NCBI GenBank assembly: GCA_965242495.1
Contig: OZ251446.1
Span: forward strand, 2,530,160-2,594,159
Length of the DNA stretch: 64,000 nucleotides
Direction: 5' to 3'
Source: Alphaproteobacteria bacterium
Lineage (GTDB): Bacteria; Pseudomonadota; Alphaproteobacteria; MPNO01
A model generated the notes under the pieces. The model searched no databases, was not told where the DNA came from, and saw nothing but the letters and a program-made list of their open reading frames with translations. The number at the start of each line of letters is the position of its first letter. The first letter of the stretch is position 1. The position numbers and the translations under genes were made by a program. Of this stretch, positions 1 to 9,548 are shown one piece after another.

Positions 1-220
1 GGACGAAGCCGAGGGCGTAATAGGCCCCGGCCTCGGTCTCGGCGCGGATATGGGCCGCCCCGTTGCGGTCGCGGACGATCTCCGCCGGCGCGTCGAGGCC
101 GGGAGCGCGTATCTGCCCGCCGATCTGCGGCAGCGAGCTCCGCAGCCACAGATAGCCGGCCCCGCCCGCGACCGCGGCGGCCAAAGCGAGCGCCGCGGCC
201 GCGCGCCGGGCCCATTTCAT
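1..220 (-). CDS. penicillin acylase family protein, N-terminal fragment (runs off window start)
   Basis: Reverse translation from ATG (complement of 218-220) gives MKWARRAAAALALAAAVAGGAGYLWLRSSLPQIGGQIRAPGLDAPAEIVRDRNGAAHIRAETEAGAYYALGFV. Signal-like N-terminus followed by ...HI.A....YYALGFV, as in penicillin amidase family N-termini. Confidence 0.5.
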   Translation of the reverse strand, partial: MKWARRAAAALALAAAVAGGAGYLWLRSSLPQIGGQIRAPGLDAPAEIVRDRNGAAHIRAETEAGAYYALGFV

Positions 221-260
221 CCCGCTTTCATCCCGCGGCCCCGCCTGCGGCCGCCGCCCC

Positions 261-1526
<1,266 letters not shown>

Positions 1527-1580
1527 TCAGTAAAATAACGTATATTTTCTGACGAAACGAACTTCGGCGAGGATGGTCCG

Positions 1581-2204
1581 ATGGCCCATGTGGCCGACAA
1601 GATCATGAAAAGGGTGCGCGCGCGCGGCCGGGGACGCTGGGTGTGCGCGCCAAAGGATTTTCTCGACCTCGGCAGCCGCCAGGCCGTCGACCAGGCGCTT
1701 TCGCGCCTCGTCAAGGCCGGCCGGCTGCGCCGGGCCGGGCGCGGCCTCTACGACCTGCCGAGAACGAGCGGCGTGCTGAAGCGGCCTGCGCCGGTCGATC
1801 TCGACGCCGCCGTCGCGGCCCTCGCGCGGCGGGACGGCATCCGCATCATGCCCGACGGCGCGGCCGCCGCGCACGGCCTCGGTCTCACCAACGCCGCGCC
1901 CGCCAAGGCCAGCTACGCGACGGACGGCGCTTCGAGGACGGTCGAGATCGACGGAAGGACGATCCGGTTCCGGCACGCAGGTCCCCGCATCATGCGGTGG
2001 GCGGGCCGGCCGGCGGCTCCGGTGGCTCAGGCGCTACGATGGCTCGGCCCCGACGCCGCCGCGGACGCGCGGGTCGTCTCGATTCTGAAGCGCCGCCTTC
2101 CCGACGCGGTGAAGCAGGACCTGTACGTCAACGGCCGCGACCTGCCCGGCTGGGCGCTGCCGCTCGCGCGCGACGTCGCGTCCGACCGGGCCGTCGCGGC
2201 GTGA
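1581..2204 (+). CDS. DUF6088 / AbiEi-like (winged-HTH antitoxin-type) domain protein, orphan
   Basis: N-terminus KDFLDLGSRQAVDQALSRLVKAGRLRRAGRGLYDLPR matches my recollection of the AbiEi_4/DUF6088 N-terminal wHTH pattern (L.RLV..G.L.R..RGlY). No AbiEii nucleotidyltransferase partner adjacent. AT-rich putative promoter just upstream (ttgtcg-N16-tatatt, ~1524-1552). Confidence 0.55.
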   Translation: MAHVADKIMKRVRARGRGRWVCAPKDFLDLGSRQAVDQALSRLVKAGRLRRAGRGLYDLPRTSGVLKRPAPVDLDAAVAALARRDGIRIMPDGAAAAHGLGLTNAAPAKASYATDGASRTVEIDGRTIRFRHAGPRIMRWAGRPAAPVAQALRWLGPDAAADARVVSILKRRLPDAVKQDLYVNGRDLPGWALPLARDVASDRAVAA

Positions 2205-2262
2205 CGGCCGAAGCCTTCAAGTCCTTCCTCGCCTTTCGGAACGGGACAGGCGGGACGTGGGT

Positions 2263-2535
2263 TCAGTAATCGGGTCGGTATCGCGCCGCGTTCACCGCCC
2301 ATTCATTTGCCACCATGCGCCGGCCAAGGTCGGCTATCCCGCCCGCGCGGCATGTCGCCACCATGCACCCGTATCTATCTTCCGCCTCCGCCTCCGCGCC
2401 TACAGCTTTGATGATAGGCAAAATGAACACCAAGAGACCCACTAACGCGAACACGACCATGAACGCCACAATGAGCTTCAAGATACATCCAAGCGGTCGT
2501 TCCCAAGGCCGCCACTCCCGCTTTGGCGCCGTCAT
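2263..2535 (-). CDS. hypothetical small single-TM membrane protein
   Basis: 90-aa ORF with hydrophobic segment ILKLIVAFMVVFALVGLLVFILPII. Markedly lower GC than surroundings. Lies ~240 nt downstream (minus strand) of direct-repeat copy 2. Function unknown. Confidence 0.3.
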   Translation of the reverse strand: MTAPKREWRPWERPLGCILKLIVAFMVVFALVGLLVFILPIIKAVGAEAEAEDRYGCMVATCRAGGIADLGRRMVANEWAVNAARYRPDY

Positions 2536-2774
2536 TCGTCACACCCCTTCCAATTCCCCGCCGTCATACCACAGCGCTGCGCCTTCTCTTTGAAGCCGCC
2601 GCCGACGCGTCCATTGCAGCCCTCTGCGCCGCCCGCGCAATCCCGGCCAAGCTCGGGACTCATAGCCGGAAGACGATGGTAGCGTCGGCGCAGATGGCGC
2701 CCAAGAATAGCGTCGGCGCATCGGTCATGTCGCGTCGCGATGCGCCGTCGATCATCGCCGCCCCGGCTCTGCAC

Positions 2775-2900
2775 CGCGCTCCTCCGCCCGAGGCTTAGCC
2801 CCGACGACCCCGGGGCGCAAGCCTGCGTCCCGGTTCGATTGCGGACGAGACGCGGAGCGCCGCGGGAAGGCGGCCCCGGCCCGCCGCCCGGCGCGCGCAA
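2775..2900. repeat. copy 2 of the ~125-bp direct repeat (see 1296-1430)
   Basis: Pairwise comparison with 1296-1430 by eye. On the minus strand it retains GGAGGAGCGC…ATG at the same spacing as hemB but then encodes only a 31-aa remnant ORF. Confidence 0.6.
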
Positions 2901-3029
2901 CCGCCAGCCCGGTCGGCGAACCGTTCGGGTTCAAAGGCCTCGCGTCCCTCGCTTTGCAGCCCTCAAAACCGACACCGCTTGATACGGCGCATAACGATAG
3001 TTGGGTTGAAACGCCACTGGGAGACGACG

Positions 3030-3234
3030 ATGCGCACTACGCTCGACATCGACGACGACCGGGAAGTTCGTCTCGGACGTGACGCGCGAGGCCTTGCAGG
3101 CGCGCTCGCATCCCGCCCCCGCCGACGGATCGCAACGCGGATTGCATGCATATGGCTTCGATCCCATTCCGGCGGGAGAAGCCGTCGTCACCGACGAACT
3201 GGTCAACGAGCTTCGCGAGGAGGCGGGAGTCTGA
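3030..3234 (+). pseudogene. vapB: vapB-like antitoxin, apparently frameshifted
   Basis: ATG 3030 encodes MRTTLDIDDD (typical VapB N-terminus). It then runs into Arg-rich nonsense. The +1 frame from ~3061 encodes a plausible acidic antitoxin C-terminus (KFVSDVTREALQARSHPAPADGSQRGLHAYGFDPIPAGEAVVTDELVNELREEAGV*) and ends TGA 3232-3234, 3 nt before the vapC start. One extra G in cgGGg at ~3058-3062 explains it. Confidence 0.5.
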
Positions 3235-3237
3235 CTC

Positions 3238-3672
3238 GTGAGAGCGTTGCTCGACGTCAACGTCCTGATCGCGCTGCTCGACGAGAAACATACCCACCAC
3301 GCGGCGGCGTCGGACTGGCTCTCGGCGCGCATCGAGTCGGGATGGGCGTCCTGTCCCCAAAACGCAGAACGGATGCATTCGCATCCTCTCCCAACGCCTT
3401 GGGCGTCGGGGAAGCTGGCGCGTTTCCGGACCGCCGTGTCCGCGCCGTATCACCGGTTCATCGCCGACGACGTAAGCCTGCTCGACGATGCCGTCGCGGA
3501 CCGTCGACGGTTGTCGGACCCCGACCATGCCGAACGCTATCTCGCCAGCTTCGCTTGGCGCTACAACCGACGCTACCGACTCCAGACCATGATCCTGCGC
3601 TTCATCCACAGCGCCGCTCATACGCAACCCATCCCTTATCCAGCCTTCGTCCCGGCTGAGTCTCACGGATAA
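3238..3672 (+). CDS. vapC: PIN-domain VapC-family toxin with an internal compensating double frame disruption
   Basis: GTG start. MRALLDVNVLIALLDEKHTHHAAASDWLSARIESGWASCP matches a PIN/VapC subfamily as I recall it (LLDVNVLIAL…HH…GWATCP). The in-frame stretch QNAERMHSHPLPTPW is aberrant. The +1 frame over ~3358-3400 gives KTQNGCIRILSQRL, matching the expected …TQlgFiRlSSNP… block. Frame 0 resumes with …HRFIADDVSLLDD. The two indels fall in runs ccccaaaa (~3357) and cgggg (~3400). Confidence 0.55.
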   Translation: MRALLDVNVLIALLDEKHTHHAAASDWLSARIESGWASCPQNAERMHSHPLPTPWASGKLARFRTAVSAPYHRFIADDVSLLDDAVADRRRLSDPDHAERYLASFAWRYNRRYRLQTMILRFIHSAAHTQPIPYPAFVPAESHG

Positions 3673-3764
3673 GCAGGTATCGTTACGTCACAGGCGTCGC
3701 CGAGGCGATCCCCCTCCCGACTCCCGGCAGGAGGAGTGCGAGCGGCGCCGGTTGCTCACTCCTC

Positions 3765-3795
3765 TTGACGGGGGGCCGGGAGAGGCGTTTATGAT
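3765..3795 (+). promoter_or_regulatory. candidate sigma70-type promoter for the ATPase-PIN-ligase operon
   Basis: TTGACG (3765-3770) … TATGAT (3790-3795) with a 19-nt spacer (suboptimal). Preceded by an 8-bp-stem hairpin GAGGAGTG…CACTCCTC (3731-3764). ~95 nt upstream of ATG 3890. Confidence 0.3.
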
Positions 3796-3889
3796 ACTTG
3801 GCGGAGTTGGAACACGATGCATGACGAGCGGCATCCGGTGAGTCGGGCGGACACGGTGCGGCTGTCGGGAGCGCGACGGAGAAACGGCG

Positions 3890-5239
3890 ATGCTGAAGCA
3901 TTTGGAGATCCAGAATTTCAAGGCGTGGCGGGAAGCCGATTTGGCGTTCGGCAAGGTGACCGGATTCTTCGGAACCAACAGCGCCGGTAAGAGCAGCCTC
4001 CTCCAGCTCCTCCTGTTGCTCAAGCAAACCCGGAACGCCACGGACCGGGGGCTGGTTCTCGATTTCGGCGGGCCGGAGAGCCTGACGAACCTGGGGACGT
4101 TCGCCGATATCGTCCATGGCCAGGACAGACGAAAGCGAATACGCTGGCGTCTGGACTGGACGTTGCCCAAAACGCTGAACATCGAGGATCCGAGGAGCCC
4201 GAAGAGCAAGCCGCTATTCAACGGGGACAGTCTGAGCACGGAGTGCGTAGTCGGCTGGAAAGAGGAACGTCCTTGGCCGCACTCGTTGAAATACCGGTTC
4301 AACGACGTGATGTTCTGGAAGGAGGGACCCAATCTGGAAACGGACAGCCCGAAATTCGAATTTTTGCGCACCAAAGGCCGGCGCTGGCCGCTTCCGAATC
4401 CGGTCAAGACTTACCGGTTTCCCGATCAGGCAAGGACTTACTACCAGAATTCGGATTTTCTCGGCGATTTCGAGCTGGCTTACGAGGATCTGATGGACTC
4501 GATTTACTATCTCGGACCGTTGCGCGATCCTCCGAAGCGGGAATACCACTGGTCCGGATCGAGCCCGAGCGACGTCGGCCAGCGCGGCGAGCGCACGGTG
4601 GATGCGATACTCGCCGCCATCCGCGACGGAAAGGCGAGGACGCTGAGGCCCCCGGCGCAAGGAGTACGACAGCAACCATTCCAGGAGGTCATCGCTCATT
4701 GGTTGCGTGAGTTAGGATTGATCAGCGAATTCAATCTCGACGAGATCGCCAGAGGAACGAACCTGTACCGGGCGATGGTCAAGACCTCCCCGTCGAGTGC
4801 GCCGACGGCCCTCACCGACGTCGGATTCGGCGTCTCCCAGGTTCTGCCGGCGCTGGTCCTGCTCTACTACGTCCCGGATGGCTCCACGGTGCTGATGGAG
4901 CAACCGGAGATCCATCTCCATCCCGCCGTGCAAAGCGGTCTGGCCGACGTCATGCTGAACGTCGCCAAGGTGCGAAACGTTCAGATCGTCGTGGAGAGCC
5001 ACAGCGAACACTTGCTGCGGCGCCTGCAACGCCGGGTCGCCGAACAGAAGGCGCCCTCCGCGGACGTGAAGCTGTATTTCGTTTCCTCGCAACAGGGCCA
5101 GGCGCGCGCGTCCGACCTGCGCCTGAACGAATATGGAGAGATCGAGAAGTGGCCGGACAAGTTCTTCGGCGACGAGATGGACGAGATCTCGGCGATCGTG
5201 AAGGCCGGTTTGAAAAGAAAAATGGAACGATCCGGATGA
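3890..5239 (+). CDS. AAA_21/ABC-type (SMC-like) ATPase, DUF3696-like C-terminus
   Basis: Walker A GTNSAGKSSLLQ at the N-terminus (MLKHLEIQNFKAW… as in AAA_15/AAA_21 defence ATPases). C-terminal LMEQPEIHLHPAVQSGLADVML…VESHSEHLL (signature/Walker B/H-loop-like). Terminal …IEKWPDKFFGDEMDE, which I associate with DUF3696 (not fully certain). GC ~60%, lower than flanks. Confidence 0.8.
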   Translation: MLKHLEIQNFKAWREADLAFGKVTGFFGTNSAGKSSLLQLLLLLKQTRNATDRGLVLDFGGPESLTNLGTFADIVHGQDRRKRIRWRLDWTLPKTLNIEDPRSPKSKPLFNGDSLSTECVVGWKEERPWPHSLKYRFNDVMFWKEGPNLETDSPKFEFLRTKGRRWPLPNPVKTYRFPDQARTYYQNSDFLGDFELAYEDLMDSIYYLGPLRDPPKREYHWSGSSPSDVGQRGERTVDAILAAIRDGKARTLRPPAQGVRQQPFQEVIAHWLRELGLISEFNLDEIARGTNLYRAMVKTSPSSAPTALTDVGFGVSQVLPALVLLYYVPDGSTVLMEQPEIHLHPAVQSGLADVMLNVAKVRNVQIVVESHSEHLLRRLQRRVAEQKAPSADVKLYFVSSQQGQARASDLRLNEYGEIEKWPDKFFGDEMDEISAIVKAGLKRKMERSG

Positions 5240-5712
5240 CGTTCGTCGTCGATACCAACGTCGCGATAGCCGCCAACGGCCGCAATACTCACGTGGACGA
5301 AGAATGTCAGTTGGCATGTGTGGAGAAGCTGGAGTTTCTTAAACGAAAAGAAGTAGTCGCCATCGACGGCGAAGGTCTCATTCTGGAGGAATACAGCAAC
5401 AGTCTAAACTACTCAGGAGGACCAGGAGTCGGAGACGTGTTCTTCAAGTATGTGCACGACAACCAATACTGGGACGATCGTGTCCACAGGATCCCGGTGA
5501 CGCGGTCCAAGAACGATGGACGAGGCTTCGAAGAACTGCCGGAGAATACCTTCGACCCCTCGGACCGAAAGTTCCTGGCGGTCGCGGTGAAGGCGAAAGC
5601 GGTCGTTCTGAACGCGACCGACAGCGATTGGGGCAAGCACGCGGCGCTGATGGATGAGCTGAACGTCAAGGTGGAGCAACTTTGTCCGCAACACGCCCGC
5701 CGCGAGCAATGA
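5236..5712 (+). CDS. PIN-domain nuclease
   Basis: ATG 5236 overlaps the upstream stop (ATGA). MTFVVDTNVAIAANG (first PIN Asp), …DPSDRKFLAVAVKA (third Asp + hLAhA), …VVLNATDSDW (TxDxD fourth-Asp motif). 158 aa. Confidence 0.7.
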   Translation: MTFVVDTNVAIAANGRNTHVDEECQLACVEKLEFLKRKEVVAIDGEGLILEEYSNSLNYSGGPGVGDVFFKYVHDNQYWDDRVHRIPVTRSKNDGRGFEELPENTFDPSDRKFLAVAVKAKAVVLNATDSDWGKHAALMDELNVKVEQLCPQHARREQ

Positions 5713-6410
5713 CCGCGAGGGCCGGTTCCAGCCCGCCCTGGAACGCGAAGTACCCCGGCATTCCGTACTGGCCTTGGTCCCCGGCCATCGGCCGCGGCGA
5801 CGACCGGCACCCGAACCCGGATCGGTTCGTCGGCGAGGACGTGGTGGCGACGGAGAAGCTGGACGGCGGCAACACGCTCCTGCACGCCGGCGAGGTCTAT
5901 GCGCGCAGCGTCGCCGCCCCTTCCGACGCGAAGTGGATGGCGATGGTGAAAAAACACCATGTCTGGAAGGTAACCGAGCCCGACGTCTGGCTGTACGGCG
6001 AGGACGTCTACGGCGTGCACAGCATCGAGTACGATCCCGTGCCGGAGCAAGCGACGTTCTACGCATTCGCATTGCGCGGCGGCGACGGCGCGTTCGCCGC
6101 CTTCGCCGAGGTCGAGGCGTATGCGAGGCCGCGGGAGATCCCGGTCGTCCCGGTGCTGTTCCGGGGCCGTTTCGGGTCGGTCGCGGAGATACGCGAATTC
6201 GTCGAACACGCCCACGGCGAGCCGTCCGCGCTCGGCGGCGAGCGGGAGGGCGTCGTGATGCGGCTGGCGCGGGGGTTTCCGGCGGCGGAATTCCCGGACG
6301 ACGTCTGCAAGAGCGTCCGCCTCGGACACGTGCAAAGCGACGAGCACTGGACCAGGAACTGGAGGCCGTGCCGGATCGCGGGGCGGGCCGGGGCCGGAGC
6401 GCGGCGGTGA
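5709..6410 (+). CDS. ATP-dependent RNA ligase family (nucleotidyltransferase) protein
   Basis: ATG 5709 overlaps the upstream stop (ATGA). Motif I VATEKLDGGN (KxDG adenylyl-lysine), motif IV GEREGVVMR (EGhVhK-like), motif V CKSVRLGH. 233 aa = minimal NTase domain (Rnl/PF09414-like). A DNA-ligase/capping-type NTase cannot be excluded from motifs alone. Confidence 0.7.
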   Translation: MTARAGSSPPWNAKYPGIPYWPWSPAIGRGDDRHPNPDRFVGEDVVATEKLDGGNTLLHAGEVYARSVAAPSDAKWMAMVKKHHVWKVTEPDVWLYGEDVYGVHSIEYDPVPEQATFYAFALRGGDGAFAAFAEVEAYARPREIPVVPVLFRGRFGSVAEIREFVEHAHGEPSALGGEREGVVMRLARGFPAAEFPDDVCKSVRLGHVQSDEHWTRNWRPCRIAGRAGAGARR

Positions 6411-6522
6411 CGGACGCCGCCCGCCGGGAATCGTCTTGGCCCTTCCGGCGGTCGGGGGTATCGTCGCCGCAGCGGCTGCGTCCGTCGTGCCGCCGCCGCC
6501 GAACCGACGAGGAGCAGGAACC

Positions 6523-7500
6523 ATGAGGACGACGAGAACCTGCGCGATCGCGCTCGCCGGGCTGGCCAGCGCCGCGGTCGCGGCTCCGGCCGCGGCCGAA
6601 GTCACGCTGAACGGGGCCAGCTGCTTCCCCATCGGCAGCCCGCCGGGCAAGCCGTTCGAGGAACTGGTCAAGGCGGTGAACGAGCGCGGCAAGGGCGCGC
6701 TCCAGATCAAGATGGTCGGCGGCGCGCCGGCGATCGGCAGCCCCTTCACCCTGACCCAGAAGATGGCGCGCGGCGCCTACGACGTCGTCGGCTGCCCGGA
6801 GGCCTATTTCGGCAACGTGCTGCCCGAGGCGCCGGCGCTGCGCCTCGCCCAGCGGTCCTACGCCGAGCTGCGCAAGAACGGCGGCATCGCCTACATCCAG
6901 AAGCTGATGAACGCCAAGAACATGCATTTCGTCGCCCGGCATTCCGACCAGGGGCCGTTCTATCTGTGGCTCAGCCGCGCCATCGACAAGCCCGACCTCA
7001 CCGGGCTGCATCTCCGCGTCTCCCCGGTCTACACCGCCTTCTTCAAGTCGCTGGGGGCCACGGTCCAGCGCTCCAACATCCAGCAGGTCTACACCTATAT
7101 GGAGAACGGCACCGTGCAGGGCTTCGGCTGGCCGGCGCTGGGCTGGGTGCCGTCCTGGGCCAAGGTCACCAAGTTCCGGGTCGAGCCGGGCTTCTACAAC
7201 GCGACGCTGCACACCATCGCCAATCTGAAGAAGTGGCGGTCGCTGACCGACGCGCAGCGCGGCGTGCTGGCCGCCGTCGCCGAAGAGTTCGAGGTCCGGT
7301 CCGATCCCGACAGCGCGGAGATGAAAGCCGCGCTCGCCGAACGTCACGCCTGGGCGGCGAGCCAGGGGTTGAAGGCGATCACCTTCACCGGCGCCGACGC
7401 CGAGAAGTGGTCCGGCGCCGCGGTCGAGGCCGCCTGGAAGGAGGTCGCCGACCGCAGCCCCGAACACTGGAAGAAGCTCCGCGCCCTGTTCGCCGAGTGA
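6523..7500 (+). CDS. dctP: TRAP transporter substrate-binding protein (DctP family)
   Basis: Start at MRTTRTCAIALAGLASAAVAAPAAA (signal peptide) after GAGGAGCAGG SD. DctP-like periplasmic binding-protein sequence. Followed by dctQ and dctM. Confidence 0.85.
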   Translation: MRTTRTCAIALAGLASAAVAAPAAAEVTLNGASCFPIGSPPGKPFEELVKAVNERGKGALQIKMVGGAPAIGSPFTLTQKMARGAYDVVGCPEAYFGNVLPEAPALRLAQRSYAELRKNGGIAYIQKLMNAKNMHFVARHSDQGPFYLWLSRAIDKPDLTGLHLRVSPVYTAFFKSLGATVQRSNIQQVYTYMENGTVQGFGWPALGWVPSWAKVTKFRVEPGFYNATLHTIANLKKWRSLTDAQRGVLAAVAEEFEVRSDPDSAEMKAALAERHAWAASQGLKAITFTGADAEKWSGAAVEAAWKEVADRSPEHWKKLRALFAE

Positions 7501-7573
7501 GAGCGAGCGAGGGACCGCGGCGGGGCGGCGGCGCAGCCCGCCCCGCCGCGCCTGCGCTGACGGGCGAGCGGCG

Positions 7574-8095
7574 ATGGCGCGGCGACTCGATCGCTTCGAC
7601 GACGCCTTCGCGCATTCGCTGCGCTGGCTGGCCGGGGCGACCGCGGCCTCCATCGGCCTGATCGCGGTCCTGATCCCGCTCAACCTGCTGCTCATCAAGA
7701 CCGGCTGGGGCAGCATGTGGTGGCTCTACGAGGCGGTCGAATACGCGCTGTTCGCGGGCGTGTTCGCCTGCGCTCCCTGGGTCCTGCGCCAGGGGGCGCA
7801 CGTCCGGGTCGACGTCGTCGTCTCGGCCCTGTCGGGGACGATGGCGCGGCGGCTGGAGCGGACGCTCGACATGATCGGCGCGGCGCTCTGCCTCCTGCTG
7901 TGCTTCTACGGCGTCCGCGCCGGGCTGGCCGAATACGCCGACGGCACGCTGCCCGACAAGGACCTCCGCATCGAGAACTGGTACATGATGGCGATCTTCG
8001 CCCTGTCCTGCCTGCTGCTCGCGATCGAGTTCGGCTTGCGCCTGCGCCGCGCCGGAACGGCGCAGACCGCCGGGCGGGCGGACGCGGGATTCTGA
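7574..8095 (+). CDS. dctQ: TRAP transporter small permease (DctQ family)
   Basis: 173 aa, four hydrophobic segments, position between dctP and dctM. Confidence 0.8.
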   Translation: MARRLDRFDDAFAHSLRWLAGATAASIGLIAVLIPLNLLLIKTGWGSMWWLYEAVEYALFAGVFACAPWVLRQGAHVRVDVVVSALSGTMARRLERTLDMIGAALCLLLCFYGVRAGLAEYADGTLPDKDLRIENWYMMAIFALSCLLLAIEFGLRLRRAGTAQTAGRADAGF

Positions 8096-8098
8096 GCC

Positions 8099-9544
8099 GT
8101 GGAGTGGTATTCCGCCCTCGTGCTGCTGCTGGGCTCGGTCTGCGCCCTGCTGTTTCTCGGCCTGCCGGTGGCGCTGGCCTTCTTCGCCGCCAACGTGCTC
8201 GGCACGGCGCTGTTCATCAACGGCGACATCGGCCTGGTGTTCATGCCGTTGGAGTTCCACAACGCGATCAAGTTCACCCTGTCGCCGATCGCGCTGTTCC
8301 TGCTGATGGGCGAGATACTGCTCCAGACCGGCGTCGCCTTCCGGGCGATCGGCGCGGTGGACCGCATGATCGCGCGCGTGCCCGGGCGGCTCTCGGTGGT
8401 CTCGATCGCCGGCGGCGCGGTCTTCTCCTCCCTGTCGGGCTCGACCATCGCCAACACCGCCATCCTCGGCTCGGTGCTGCTGCCGGACATGACCCGGCGC
8501 GGCTACCGGCCGGCCATCTCCATGGGGCCGATCATGGCGGTCGGCGGCATCGCCATGCTGATCCCGCCCTCGGCCCTGGCGGTGCTGCTGGCCAGCCTCG
8601 CCGAGCAGTCGGTGGCGCAGCTGCTGATCGCCGGCCTGATTCCGGGCCTCCTGATGGCGGCGCTGTTCCTGGCCTACGTGATCGGCCGCTGCATCCTGGA
8701 CCCGACGCTGGCCCCGACCTACGAGCCCGACGAGAGCGCGCTCGACGAGCCGGTGACGCTGACGCTCGATTTCGGCCGCGCCCTCCGCTGGTCGGGCAGC
8801 TATGACGGGCGCTGGCGGCGGACGATCCATCGGGCCCTGCCGGCGCTGTGCTACATCCTGCCGCTGTTCGCCATCTTCGTCGTCGTCGTCGGCAGCATCT
8901 TCTTCAAGATCGCGGCGCCGACCGAGGCCGCGGCGCTCGGCTGCCTCGCCTCCCTCGGCGCCTGCTATTTCTTCCGCCTCTACCGGCGGCGGATCCGGAT
9001 CGGCGGCATCGAAGGCGCCGATTTCGACTGGCGGGCGATCGCCAGATCGCTGATGGAGACGGCGAAGATCAACACCATGATCCTGTTCATCATCGCCGGA
9101 TCGCTGGTGTTCGCGCAGGCCCTGTCCAACTCGGGCGCCACCGACGGCCTGCTGCGCCAGGTCCAGGCGATGGACCTCACGCCGCTCACGGTGGTCGTCG
9201 CCATGATGCTGATCCTGCTGTTCCTCGGCGCCTTCATGGATCAGGTCAGCATGCTGCTGCTCACCCTGCCCTTCTTCCTGCTCGGCTCGCAGTCCCTCCA
9301 GGTCGTGTTCGACATCGACGTGATCTGGCTGATGGTGCTGATGCTGATCGCCATGGAGGTCAGCCTGCTGACGCCGCCCTTCGGGCTGCTGCTCTACGTG
9401 ATGAAGGGGGTGGCGCCAGCCGACACCAGGATCGGCGTCGTGGTCCGCTCGGCCCTCCCCTTCATCGCCATCGAGCTGCTCGTCCTCGGGCTGCTGATCC
9501 TGGCTCCGGAGGTCGCGACCTGGCTGCCGTCCAAGGTCGAATAG
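8099..9544 (+). CDS. dctM: TRAP transporter large permease (DctM family)
   Basis: 481 aa polytopic membrane protein with DctM-like N-terminus (…LLLGSVCALLFLGLPVALAFFAANVLGTALF…). Confidence 0.9.
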   Translation: MEWYSALVLLLGSVCALLFLGLPVALAFFAANVLGTALFINGDIGLVFMPLEFHNAIKFTLSPIALFLLMGEILLQTGVAFRAIGAVDRMIARVPGRLSVVSIAGGAVFSSLSGSTIANTAILGSVLLPDMTRRGYRPAISMGPIMAVGGIAMLIPPSALAVLLASLAEQSVAQLLIAGLIPGLLMAALFLAYVIGRCILDPTLAPTYEPDESALDEPVTLTLDFGRALRWSGSYDGRWRRTIHRALPALCYILPLFAIFVVVVGSIFFKIAAPTEAAALGCLASLGACYFFRLYRRRIRIGGIEGADFDWRAIARSLMETAKINTMILFIIAGSLVFAQALSNSGATDGLLRQVQAMDLTPLTVVVAMMLILLFLGAFMDQVSMLLLTLPFFLLGSQSLQVVFDIDVIWLMVLMLIAMEVSLLTPPFGLLLYVMKGVAPADTRIGVVVRSALPFIAIELLVLGLLILAPEVATWLPSKVE

Positions 9545-9548
9545 CGGG

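Noticed and set aside
5413-7716. 767-aa minus-strand ORF spanning the RNA ligase/dctP region (and similar giants: 7385..10030, 12049..15744, 40114..44814, 44729..47851, 55739..59188, 59099..61999)
   Set aside because: Extremely Arg/Pro/Gly/Ala-rich, no motifs, antisense or out of frame to well-supported genes. These are classic high-GC open-frame artefacts.
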